A stretch of 64,000 nucleotides of DNA. It comes from an uncultured Chlamydiae bacterium (GTDB lineage Bacteria; Chlamydiota; Chlamydiia; Chlamydiales; JAJFMA01). Each line of letters opens with the position of its first letter. Positions within the stretch are counted from its first letter, which is position 1. This document shows positions 50,345-59,634 of this stretch, one piece after another. The stretch is from the NCBI GenBank assembly GCA_963713615.1, contig CAVQMM010000001.1, positions 64,001-128,000 of the forward strand, in the 5' to 3' direction. Below the pieces are notes generated by a model. That model saw nothing but the letters and a program-made list of their open reading frames with translations. It had not been told where the DNA came from and did no database searches. A program made the position numbers and the translations under genes.

Positions 50345-50971
50345 ATGAAAACAAAAATAGCCATTTACCTTGCAGGGACGATTAAAAAAGGTCATGAAAG
50401 CGCTAACGAGACTTATTGGACTGATGAGCATATGCAACTGCTTAGGCGAGAAATGCCTAATTTTGAGATCAGTTTTCTGAATCCTGCCCTACGTAGCGAT
50501 GACATGTCTGATCAGCTGTCGGTCTTTGGTAGGGATATGGTGCAAGTCTCTTCAGCTGACGTGATATTCGTTGATGCGCGCGACCGCCGAGGCCTCGGAG
50601 TGGGTGCGGAGATGATGTGGGCGAAGGTTAATGGTATTCCTCTCATTACGTGGGCGCCGCAGGACACCCACTACCACCATACAAGCGCATATGTCTTAGA
50701 TGTACTTGTGAAAGACTGGGTACACCCTTTTGTGGAAAACCTCAGCGATAAACTTGTGGAAGATCTCGTCGAAGCAGCCGCATGGATGCGCAAGTCTCTA
50801 TTTCCAAGATCGGTTTGCATCAAAGGTCGGGAATGTATCCTTTCTGCAATGCAGCATTATCAAGAAACCCAGTTCTCTAAAGACGTGCCTATGCAGGAGC
50901 TTTTTGAAGCGCATCCGGAGCTACACGGTAGGGCCGAAAAACGCGTCGGTGGGTTTGCTGTTTGCTGCTGA
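50345..50971 (+). CDS. Nucleoside 2-deoxyribosyltransferase-like protein
   Basis: IYLAG, FLNP, D..QVSSADVIFV, GVGAEMMWA..GIPL pattern. Confidence 0.6.
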   Translation: MKTKIAIYLAGTIKKGHESANETYWTDEHMQLLRREMPNFEISFLNPALRSDDMSDQLSVFGRDMVQVSSADVIFVDARDRRGLGVGAEMMWAKVNGIPLITWAPQDTHYHHTSAYVLDVLVKDWVHPFVENLSDKLVEDLVEAAAWMRKSLFPRSVCIKGRECILSAMQHYQETQFSKDVPMQELFEAHPELHGRAEKRVGGFAVCC

Positions 50972-51163
50972 ATCCCTTCCTGGCATCGCCATGGCCTGTT
51001 GCAATATCGACCCTTCGGGCCTGGGAAGGGAGAAAAGCCTGTCTTTCCAGACTGGATAGTGCCATACCACTTAAGCTCTCCAGAATCGCCTTCTCGCATA
51101 AAAAGGTAACCTTTTTTTCTGAGAATCGATTCTCAAGGGCTCAAATAATTTTGCAATTACCTC
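50965..51163. mobile_element. Inverted left part of the composite element (C remnant, J arm, A end), without MITE B
   Basis: Reverse complement of 10164-10499 minus the 160-bp insertion; ends TGCAATTACCTC. Confidence 0.88.
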
Positions 51164-51186
51164 ATAGTATCCATGATGTCCATTTG

Positions 51187-52605
51187 TTAAACAACGCGGA
51201 AGTTTTTAAACTGCCAAGGATCTAGCCTATCGACATCCTCAGTAAAGAGCTCGCTGCGTCCTTGTAGAGGCGTCCAATCGGAATATTTGCCAACAAGCTT
51301 CCCTAGATAGGGTAGGCACATGTCGATGATTTCTTCATAGTCCATATCATCCGCTTCTACGATACCACGGTTGGGGTGCTGGAGTGCCCAAGCGACCCCT
51401 GCCAACACGGAAGAGCATACCTGTAGGCTCGTCGCATTGTTGTGGGGAACCAAGCTGCGAGCTTCATCGGTGGAGAGCACAGAACCGTACCAGTAACATC
51501 CCTTGTCGTGCCCCATTAGCAAGACTCCTAGTTCATCGGTTCCTTCGGTGATTTCATCCATCATGAACCGTTTCGAGTCAGGACCATGCCAGCCTTTTCC
51601 GGCGAGTTCATGAATGCTTAAGATGGCATCATTACAAGGATGGTAAGCATAATGTACTGTAGGGCGATGCATGACCTCTTTGCCATGGCGCACTGTTAGG
51701 TAGTCGGCGATAGAAATGGCTTCATTATGGGTAATCAGAAAACCATGATAGGGGCCTTCCTTAGGAGTCCAACTTCGCACGCGCACAGAGGCTCCAGGCC
51801 GGTTTAAGTAGATAGCCGAGAGACAGCCAAAGTCGTGATGACCACCATCGGCTGGCCAATGCCTTTCATGCGTACCCCAACCCAGCTCGGCAGGTTGGGA
51901 GCCTTCACCAACAAAGCCATCCACGGACCAAGTGTTAACGAACTCGCCAATGCGCTTAGGAATTTTTGAAACTTGAGTATCGCGTTCTGCGATATGAATG
52001 ACCTTGATTCCAAGATCCGACGCTAACTTGGCCCATCCTGCACGATCTGTAGGGGCCTTTGTGTTGACATGGAGATCGCTTGCAATAGTTAAAAGGGCTC
52101 TTTTCACAAAATGCGATACGAGGCCCGGGTTAGCCCCGTGGGCCAGGACAGCCGTTGGGCCGTTATTGGTTTGAGTGCGCAAAGCCAAAGCAGCCTCACG
52201 GAGAGCGTAGTTTGATCGTTGGCTAGGGGTGAGGTTGGGGTCGGTATAGCCACCTTCCCATGGCTCGATGCACGTATCGAAATACAGTGCTTCAACTTCT
52301 TGACAGTACTTAATGAGATCCACACTACCGACGTTAATCGATAAGTTAAGGAGAAAATCTCCGCGCTGAACTAGGGGGCTAAGAATTTTTTTGAAATTAT
52401 CTTTTGTGACAGGCTGTTCGATAAAACGGATGCCATATTCTTGGGCGATGGCGTGCCCTCGGTCGTCGGCTGTTATGATGGTAATATCTTTGGGTTTGAC
52501 TTCGATATGACGAAGGATCAGTGGCAATACGCCCTGACCAATAATTCCACATCCTACCATGACTAACCTTCGCGGTAGCCGCGCATACTTTACATATTCC
52601 CTCAT
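51187..52605 (-). CDS. hss: Homospermidine synthase
   Basis: HGANPGLVSHFVK, IHIAERDTQ, NTWSVDGFVGEG, ELGWGTHE, NATSLQV, DPWQFKNF. Start may be 52653. Confidence 0.93.
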   Translation of the reverse strand: MREYVKYARLPRRLVMVGCGIIGQGVLPLILRHIEVKPKDITIITADDRGHAIAQEYGIRFIEQPVTKDNFKKILSPLVQRGDFLLNLSINVGSVDLIKYCQEVEALYFDTCIEPWEGGYTDPNLTPSQRSNYALREAALALRTQTNNGPTAVLAHGANPGLVSHFVKRALLTIASDLHVNTKAPTDRAGWAKLASDLGIKVIHIAERDTQVSKIPKRIGEFVNTWSVDGFVGEGSQPAELGWGTHERHWPADGGHHDFGCLSAIYLNRPGASVRVRSWTPKEGPYHGFLITHNEAISIADYLTVRHGKEVMHRPTVHYAYHPCNDAILSIHELAGKGWHGPDSKRFMMDEITEGTDELGVLLMGHDKGCYWYGSVLSTDEARSLVPHNNATSLQVCSSVLAGVAWALQHPNRGIVEADDMDYEEIIDMCLPYLGKLVGKYSDWTPLQGRSELFTEDVDRLDPWQFKNFRVV

Positions 52606-52796
52606 TCTATCTTCTGCATTCTCCTTTTGGTAAGGCCGACGAAATGTGGCCATTTTGCAAAGCAATGCCTCGCGATAGCGCGTTTGTGCTGTCGCGAGTT
52701 TCTTGCCCGGTGGGTACTATCATCGCTTCCTGGGAAAAAAAACACCAGCACCTTTTTTGGGGCCTTGTTCACCTTTTTGGTTTGAGAGGTTCGAAG

Positions 52797-53426
52797 TCAC
52801 ATGGAAAGTAGCCGAATGACTTCTTCGTCGGTTGTCTGTCCAAAAGTATAGTAAAATTCACCTACAGCCCGAAACTCGAAGGGGGCATAGAGGCAAACCA
52901 CTTCGTCCGCCTGTTCACGAATTTCTTCTAACGTATCAGGCGGGGCCACGGGAACGGCCACGCAAATAGAAGTGGGCTTTTGGGCGCGGATCGATTTGAT
53001 AGCTGCTTTCATGGTGGCCCCAGTAGCTAGACCATCATCGACCAGGATGACAACTTTCTTGCGTAGCTCTAATGGAGGGTGGTTGCGATGATATGCTGTG
53101 GATCTTCGTGTTGCTTCGACCGTTGCAGCATGTACCGCGGCTTCCAGGTTCTTTTCCGACATGCCGATGTAACTCAATAACCTGCGGTTAAAGACGCCTT
53201 GGCCTGTTTCGGTGACGGCACCTATGGCTAATTCTGGATTGAATGGAGCTCCAATTTTTCGGGGGCAGGTGACATCTAGAGGAGCTCCCAGCCCCTGTGC
53301 AATTTCATAAGCAGTAACGACGCCACCGCGCGGCAGGCCGATGACAATCACATCAGGCTTATCGCGATAGTGTGATAGCTTAGTGAGAAGCTTACGCCCG
53401 GCATCTGCTCGATCTTTGAACAGCAT
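52797..53426 (-). CDS. Phosphoribosyltransferase family protein
   Basis: FKDRADAGRKL, GLPRGGV, ILVDDGLATGATM, AVGEFY..F.QTTDEEV. Confidence 0.9.
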   Translation of the reverse strand: MLFKDRADAGRKLLTKLSHYRDKPDVIVIGLPRGGVVTAYEIAQGLGAPLDVTCPRKIGAPFNPELAIGAVTETGQGVFNRRLLSYIGMSEKNLEAAVHAATVEATRRSTAYHRNHPPLELRKKVVILVDDGLATGATMKAAIKSIRAQKPTSICVAVPVAPPDTLEEIREQADEVVCLYAPFEFRAVGEFYYTFGQTTDEEVIRLLSM

Positions 53427-53502
53427 GTAGTTTGTACCCCCGAGCCCCTATTGGCTAAACCTCATTCTTAGTGATTGGCCAATATTTAGACCACAATTGC
53501 GG

Positions 53503-53666
53503 TATACCACACTCGGTCACTAACTTGGAATTTGGACCGCGCCAAAGCCCCGGGATTCAACGATCGCAAACGGGTCAATATTAGAAATATGGACCCGTTT
53601 GCGATCGTTGAATCGCGGGAACTTTCGCGTGGGCCCAAATCCAAGTTAGTGACCGAGTGTGGTATA
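53503..53666. repeat. Family H long palindrome
   Basis: TATACCACACTCGGTCACTAACTTGGA ... TCCAAGTTAGTGACCGAGTGTGGTATA. Confidence 0.9.
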
Positions 53667-53681
53667 TAGCGAGTCTTTGCT

Positions 53682-54908
53682 TTATATCGGCGCATGGCTT
53701 TGCGAGGGCTCACGTTCCTGCAGCAACAAAGAAAGTACGTTAGGCTTGGTAGCCACAAATATCAGACAAGCCGCGCCAAGGATCCCTGACGCAAAGATGA
53801 GTGATGTTTCGGGTATAAAGGTATGGTTTGCTAAGATACCGATAGCATTGATAGCCATTGCCATGACAAATAGACGTATGGCCATGTTTAGCGATGCCGC
53901 GGAACCTTTGATGTCAGGAAATAGTTCCATCGAAGCGGTAAAAGATGGGCCATAGCAGAAGGCTATTCCTATGGAATACAGCGACATGGCGAATGTATAG
54001 GCTACCGGTATTCTCACTGAGAACAAGGCAAGCAGCAGCAGGGTGATGGAACCGAATACGTTCGACGCAAGGCCCCATTTGAGGGTATTGCGAGTTCCTA
54101 GTTTAGCAGTGATTTGTCCAGCGAGGAGGCTGACGATGGAGAAGCAGCCGATGACACAGGCCTGATGAGCGGTAAACTGCAGTAACGAAGTACCCATGGT
54201 TTCAACATAGAAAAAGACAGCTCCTGCAACGAATGCCATGTAGCCTGTACACTGTAGTGTTGGCACCAGAGTTAAACCAAGAAATTCAATACTAGTTAGG
54301 AGTCGGCTAAAGTTACGTAGAATCTGTCGCGGCTTAAAGGGCTGCAGATTGGTATTTGTTTCTGGCAGAAAGACAAATAGAGCCAATGTCGCGAAGATGC
54401 ACAGCACGGCTATAGAACTATATGTGCTGCGCCATCCATAGGCTTGTACTAGGAAGCCGCCAAGCACAGGTGCGCCGGCCATTGCAGCCGTGAGAACACC
54501 ATTTAGCCGGTTCATGATGGTAGAGGCCTTTTCGCCTTTATAGGCATCTGCCACCATGGCGAAGCCCACAGTAAACCCAGCACTGGCTCCTAGCCCTTGG
54601 AAAAAACGCCATGCTATCAGGATCTCAATGCTAGAGGCCGTTGCGCTGCCGATCGCTCCAATGAGAAACACAACGTTGCCGATGAGCATCACACGACGGC
54701 GGCCATAGGAATCAGATAAAGGACCGTGAAATAGCCCGGCTATGCAGAAAGCCAAAAAGTTGATGCCCATAGTCATTTGGACCTGGGCTTCCGTAGTGGA
54801 GAAATAGCGCACCATCTCGGGGAAGCCGGGTACAGAGATATCCGTTTCGACGCAAGCTGCCAGCAATGCAAGGCTTAAAAGATAGGGAAGCAACGCTATG
54901 TTACGCAT
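53682..54908 (-). CDS. Bcr/CflA-type MFS transporter
   Basis: ETDISVPGFP, GPLSDSYGRRRV, APVLGG, LPET. Confidence 0.88.
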   Translation of the reverse strand: MRNIALLPYLLSLALLAACVETDISVPGFPEMVRYFSTTEAQVQMTMGINFLAFCIAGLFHGPLSDSYGRRRVMLIGNVVFLIGAIGSATASSIEILIAWRFFQGLGASAGFTVGFAMVADAYKGEKASTIMNRLNGVLTAAMAGAPVLGGFLVQAYGWRSTYSSIAVLCIFATLALFVFLPETNTNLQPFKPRQILRNFSRLLTSIEFLGLTLVPTLQCTGYMAFVAGAVFFYVETMGTSLLQFTAHQACVIGCFSIVSLLAGQITAKLGTRNTLKWGLASNVFGSITLLLLALFSVRIPVAYTFAMSLYSIGIAFCYGPSFTASMELFPDIKGSAASLNMAIRLFVMAMAINAIGILANHTFIPETSLIFASGILGAACLIFVATKPNVLSLLLQEREPSQSHAPI

Positions 54909-54986
54909 AATTACCAACAAGGATGTATGATTAAAATCATAGTCTATAGATTTGAAGAATTAGAGAACAGAAAAGAGTAAAGAGAA

Positions 54987-55354
54987 GAGGAAGAAGAATT
55001 AGAAATTTTTACCGCAGAGGCGCCGAGACAGGAGAGAGAGGAGTAGGAAAATGGTTGTGTACAAGAGCTGCTGTACAAGATTCTGTGTAAACTCTTGAAG
55101 GGAACCGGTTCGAGCAAATTACACAGAATTTTGTACAGCAGCTCTTGTACACAACCAAAGCCTCATTTGGGATAATCCTAGCTAGTCCCAAACGAGGAAT
55201 GGGCCCTGTATTGAAAGTGCTGATGAATCATTCGAAGGAGAATCCTTTGAATGATTCATCAGCACTTTCAATACAGGGCCATTTTCCTACTCCTCTCTCT
55301 CCTATCTCGGTGTCTCGGCGCCTCGGCGGTAAAAAATCCTAACTCCTCTTCCTC
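54987..55354. repeat. Family F cloverleaf element, copy 4
   Basis: F outer arms; inner hairpins at 55052-55157, 55161-55197 and 55202-55280, not recognisably related to copy 1 by eye. Confidence 0.9.
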
Positions 55355-55472
55355 TCCTCCTTCTCTCCCTTCCCCCTCTCGCCTCCTCTTCCTCCTCCTT
55401 GCAAATTATGGTTGTGGTTGGGTAGCGTTGAGTTATGGGGGATGTTTTATCCCCAGTGTACCGAGGTAGACC

Positions 55473-55964
55473 ATGCATAGGTATAGGCATATTTTGGTGA
55501 CCGCGGACCTCATCAGCAATGATGACGACCCTGTTGCAGAAAGAGCCAAGGAGATTGCTGCCGCATGTCAATCTTCAGTAAGCCTTCTGCACGTGGTCGA
55601 GCCCTTTTACAACTATGTTTCCCCATATGTTGTAGAGGCAATATCGGAATGGCAGGAACAAACTTTGGAGTCGGCAAAGCGGAAGCTTGCGCGCGTTGGC
55701 AAGAAGCTTAGCATTCCTGCTGAACGACAGATTGTCACTGTAGGTCAAGTGAGAGCGGAGATTTTGCGCATATCAGAACAGGTAGTGGCAGACCTGATTC
55801 TGGTAGGTAGTCACGGACGTCATGGATTGAGTCTTTTTCTGCATGGCTCGATAGCCAGTGATTTGATCAGCCATGCCAACTGTGACGTTTTGGCTGTAAG
55901 TGTCAAAGCCCCAATAAAAGAACATGCATCAACCACAAGTCATAAACATAGTGCTCAACATTAA
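55473..55964 (+). CDS. Universal stress protein
   Basis: YRHILVTAD, LLHVVE, ADLILVGSHGRHG..GSIA...HANCDVLAV. Confidence 0.92.
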   Translation: MHRYRHILVTADLISNDDDPVAERAKEIAAACQSSVSLLHVVEPFYNYVSPYVVEAISEWQEQTLESAKRKLARVGKKLSIPAERQIVTVGQVRAEILRISEQVVADLILVGSHGRHGLSLFLHGSIASDLISHANCDVLAVSVKAPIKEHASTTSHKHSAQH

Positions 55965-56106
55965 TTTAACATGTCTTGGAGATGGCGAAGAGCCTTCCGA
56001 TCCCTTGCGGTGGGCGCCGATCAAGAATATTGGTCGGCGTCACACGGCATCAACCCCTTATAAATTCCGTCCGATGGAAATGCAGGATGCTGCTATTCTA
56101 TTGTTT

Positions 56107-56183
56107 GGCTTTGTTCACCTTTGCGGTCAGTTTTCGGTCGACTGCAAAAGGATCGAAATTCTGACCCCAAAGGTAAACCGGCC
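56107..56183. mobile_element. MITE family B, 77-bp internally deleted copy
   Basis: Both termini retained; flanks TATTGTTT / TATTATTT (8-bp TSD with one mismatch). Confidence 0.8.
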
Positions 56184-56214
56184 TATTATTTTTATCTATA
56201 TTTTTGAGTTGTTT

Positions 56215-57705
56215 ATGAAATCCATTATCGTCGTTAACAAAGTTACTGACTGGCCATTGAAGGGCTTGGATATCGAAGTCGTTACAGCGGACGATTACCT
56301 CAAGGAGAGTCGATACAATGGACAGCAGACGCTGCGGGTGCTCAATCTTTGCCGTTCCTACGCTTATCAGAAGTTGGGTTACTACGTTTCCTTAGTGGCA
56401 TCAGCGCGTGGACATAAGCCGCAGCCTAGCTTGACCTGTATTGAGGACTTTAAGTCTCCGTCGATGATTCGGTTTATTTCGCATGAATTCGACGAATTGA
56501 TTCAAGATAGCCTGCGCCATATCCACAGCGATAGTTTTACGATGAGTATCTACTTTGGCCGCAACGTGGCCAAATGTTATGATAGGTTAGCTAACTATCT
56601 CTTCAAGCAGTTTCCAGCGCCCTTCCTGCAGGCTCGTTTCACACGTGTACGGGACAAATGGATCCTTGCGAGTATTGGTCCTCTGTCGCTATCCCAGATT
56701 CCTGAATACCATGAGGAGTTTGCTAAGCAGCAGGCCGAGGACTACCTCAAAGCACGCAAAAGCTTGCAGGGACCTAGGAAGAAGGCGACGCGTTATGATT
56801 TAGCCATTTTGGTTAATCCTGAGGAGGGGTGTCCTCCCTCCAACAAACGCGCCCTGGCACGCTTTGCTAAAGCTGCGGAATCGATAGGATTGTCAACGGA
56901 GTTTATCGGAAAAGGCGATTTTGGGCGCGTGGCGGAGTTCGATGCGTTGTTTATCCGCGAAACCACGCAGGTGAACCATCACACTTATCGTTTTGCGCGC
57001 CGCGCTTCCGCTAATGGATTGGTCGTTATTGACGATCCCTTATCCATCTTGCGCTGCTGTAATAAGATTTTCCTTTATGCGTTGCTCGAGAAATATCGGA
57101 TCCCGATCCCCTATTCCTTTGTTATCGATCGCGATATTGTGCCTACTATAGCAGAGCAAATCACCTATCCCGTGGTGTTGAAGCTGCCTGATAGCTTTTT
57201 CTCACAGGGTGTTGTAAAAGCTAATGACGCTGCCGGCTTTATCGAAATGGCCGGGACTTATCTGGAAAAATCAGACCTTATTCTGGTTCAGGAATTTCTT
57301 CCTTCCGGCTTTGACTGGCGCATTGGGGTTCTGGACGGCCAGCCTCTATATGCTTGTAAGTACTATATGGTTAAGGATCATTGGCAAATTCTAAAGAAGA
57401 CCAAGTCTGGTAAGGTTTTGTGTGGTAATGCTGATACCGTCTCTATAGAGCAAGTTCCGCGTAAGGCGGTATCTCTGGCAGTGCGAGCCTCAAACCTTGT
57501 CGGCAAGGGGCTATATGGTGTAGATATCAAAGAGGTTAATGGCAAGTTTTATATCATCGAGGTCAACGATAACCCTAGCATCGATGCGGGTGTCGAGGAC
57601 TCCTACCTAGGGGATCAGCTTTACATTAACATCATGACAGCCATCAGCAACCGTATTGATAAGAAGAAAGAAAAGGTTTTCCATGCCACAAACACAGGAC
57701 AATAG
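56215..57705 (+). CDS. RimK-like ATP-grasp ligase with N-terminal extension
   Basis: NLCRSYAYQKLGYYVSL, FDALFIRETT, VLKLPDSFFS, QEFLP..DWRIGV, YGVDIK, IEVNDNPSID. Confidence 0.88.
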   Translation: MKSIIVVNKVTDWPLKGLDIEVVTADDYLKESRYNGQQTLRVLNLCRSYAYQKLGYYVSLVASARGHKPQPSLTCIEDFKSPSMIRFISHEFDELIQDSLRHIHSDSFTMSIYFGRNVAKCYDRLANYLFKQFPAPFLQARFTRVRDKWILASIGPLSLSQIPEYHEEFAKQQAEDYLKARKSLQGPRKKATRYDLAILVNPEEGCPPSNKRALARFAKAAESIGLSTEFIGKGDFGRVAEFDALFIRETTQVNHHTYRFARRASANGLVVIDDPLSILRCCNKIFLYALLEKYRIPIPYSFVIDRDIVPTIAEQITYPVVLKLPDSFFSQGVVKANDAAGFIEMAGTYLEKSDLILVQEFLPSGFDWRIGVLDGQPLYACKYYMVKDHWQILKKTKSGKVLCGNADTVSIEQVPRKAVSLAVRASNLVGKGLYGVDIKEVNGKFYIIEVNDNPSIDAGVEDSYLGDQLYINIMTAISNRIDKKKEKVFHATNTGQ

Positions 57706-58933
57706 CGGGACGCGCGGGGTATCCCTCTTTGAGATCTTTGGAATCGAACTGGAGTATATGATCGTCTCGCGCGAGACGTTGGATGTTCTCCCGATTACAG
57801 ACCAGCTGTTCTTTGGTTTCGTTAATGAATTCGTCGGCGAAGTGGTTCACGGTCCCATCAGCCTAAACAACGAGTTGGCATCGCATGTTGTAGAGCTCAA
57901 AACCACCGAGCCTTCCAAGACTCTTTTAGGCTTGCCCGATCTTTTCAATGCCGAAATTGCTGTCGTTAACAGAGCTCTAGAGCCGTTTAACGCGTTGTTA
58001 ATGCCTACAGCAATGCATCCCTGGATGAATTCTTTTACCGAGATGCGTCTTTGGCCACATGGATGCTCGGAGATTTATGATACGCTTCACCGCATTTTCG
58101 ATTGTCGTGGGCATGGTTGGGCCAATTTGCAGACCACACACATTAACCTGCCATTTGCCGACGAAGAAGAATTCGTTCGCTTGCATGCTGCGATACGTCT
58201 TGTCTTGCCGCTGATCCCTACCATCGCAGCTAGCTCACCCTTTGCAGATGGAAAGGCTACCGGCCTGAAAGACACGCGATTGGAGACATATAAGCAAAAC
58301 GCCAAGAAGGTGTTTTCAGTGACGGGACATGTTATCCCGGAAGTATGCCGTTCATACCAAGACTACCACGACCTCATTCTCAATAAAATTTATAGTGATC
58401 TAGAACCCTTCGATGCGGATGGTATTTTACGCTATGAGTGGGTGAATGCTCGCGGAGCCATCGCGCGGTTTGATCGCAATGCTATCGAAATCCGTCTCTT
58501 AGATATTCAGGAAACCCCAATCATGGACCTAACAGTTGCGGCAGCATTAACCGAACTTGTTCGTGCCTTGGTTTACGAAAAATGGGTCTCGCTTGATGTC
58601 TTGCATAGTTTTTCACCAGAACGCCTTAAAGCGTTGCTGGACCGTGGTATCCGTTCCGGTGAAAATGCTCTGCTTGATGACGTTGAATATTTGCGCGTTT
58701 TTGGCTGGCAATCGTCGCAGCCTTGCACTGCCAAGCAATTATGGCAGACGCTTTTGGAAGCCCTGGACTTAGAAGCTGACTATCGAACGGGAATGAACCT
58801 GATTTTGTCCCAAGGAACCCTAGCCACACGTATTGAGAAGGCCGTTGGCAAGAATGTCAATAAGACTACCTTGTCACGTGTTTATGCGCGCTTATGTCAA
58901 TGTTTGGCACATGGAGAACCCTTTTTGGCATGA
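57683..58933 (+). CDS. Glutamate-cysteine ligase family 2 (GCS2) protein
   Basis: FGIELEYMIV, NELASHVVELKT, PTAMHP, HINLPF, ASSPF, RGAIARFDRNAIEIRLLD. Confidence 0.88.
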   Translation: MPQTQDNSGTRGVSLFEIFGIELEYMIVSRETLDVLPITDQLFFGFVNEFVGEVVHGPISLNNELASHVVELKTTEPSKTLLGLPDLFNAEIAVVNRALEPFNALLMPTAMHPWMNSFTEMRLWPHGCSEIYDTLHRIFDCRGHGWANLQTTHINLPFADEEEFVRLHAAIRLVLPLIPTIAASSPFADGKATGLKDTRLETYKQNAKKVFSVTGHVIPEVCRSYQDYHDLILNKIYSDLEPFDADGILRYEWVNARGAIARFDRNAIEIRLLDIQETPIMDLTVAAALTELVRALVYEKWVSLDVLHSFSPERLKALLDRGIRSGENALLDDVEYLRVFGWQSSQPCTAKQLWQTLLEALDLEADYRTGMNLILSQGTLATRIEKAVGKNVNKTTLSRVYARLCQCLAHGEPFLA

Positions 58934-59634
58934 CCAAAACAACCTTAATAGTGACTTGTGAACATGGTGGCATGCTGATTCCGAAGGCCTGGCAGCATGC
59001 TGTGCACATTCCTAAGAAGGTTTTGGCTAGCCATCGCGGATGGGACCCTGGAGCACTGGAACTTACTGAGGAACTCTCTAAAGTTGGTGCTGCTAAGGTA
59101 TTCACGCATTCTATAACGCGATTGCTGATCGAGCTAAACCGTTCTGTAGGACATCCGAAGCTATTTTCCGAGTATTCAGCTCATCTCGATCGGGCAGCAA
59201 AAAAGCAGTTAATCCAGGACATCTATGAGCCCTATCGTACACAGGTAACCAAAGCCATTAGCGGGCATTATAAGAAGGGCGATATCATCTGGCATATATC
59301 AGTACACACCTTCACCTCGCAACTCGATGGTGTGGTTCGCCAAGCTGAGGTGGGTTTATTATATGATCCGCGTCGAGGCAGCGAGAAGCATTTTGCTATG
59401 CGTTGGCAGCGAGTGCTTAAAGACAGTTTAGGCGCAGACATGCGCGTGCGCATGAATTATCCGTATCGGGGTACTGCTGATGGCTTTGTCACGGCACTCC
59501 GAAAGGTTTTTCCTCATGAACGTTACATAGGTGTCGAGCTGGAGGTCAATCAAGGACTCAGAGATAGCACTGTCAAATGGCGTTGCGTTAAAAATGCCTT
59601 AAGGGACACCCTAGAGCTATTGGAGAGAATGTGA
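58930..59634 (+). CDS. N-formylglutamate amidohydrolase family protein
   Basis: VTCEHGG, HRGWDPGA, RLLIELNRS, HISVHTFT, NYPY, ELEVNQ; ATGA coupling to the upstream gene. Confidence 0.88.
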   Translation: MTKTTLIVTCEHGGMLIPKAWQHAVHIPKKVLASHRGWDPGALELTEELSKVGAAKVFTHSITRLLIELNRSVGHPKLFSEYSAHLDRAAKKQLIQDIYEPYRTQVTKAISGHYKKGDIIWHISVHTFTSQLDGVVRQAEVGLLYDPRRGSEKHFAMRWQRVLKDSLGADMRVRMNYPYRGTADGFVTALRKVFPHERYIGVELEVNQGLRDSTVKWRCVKNALRDTLELLERM

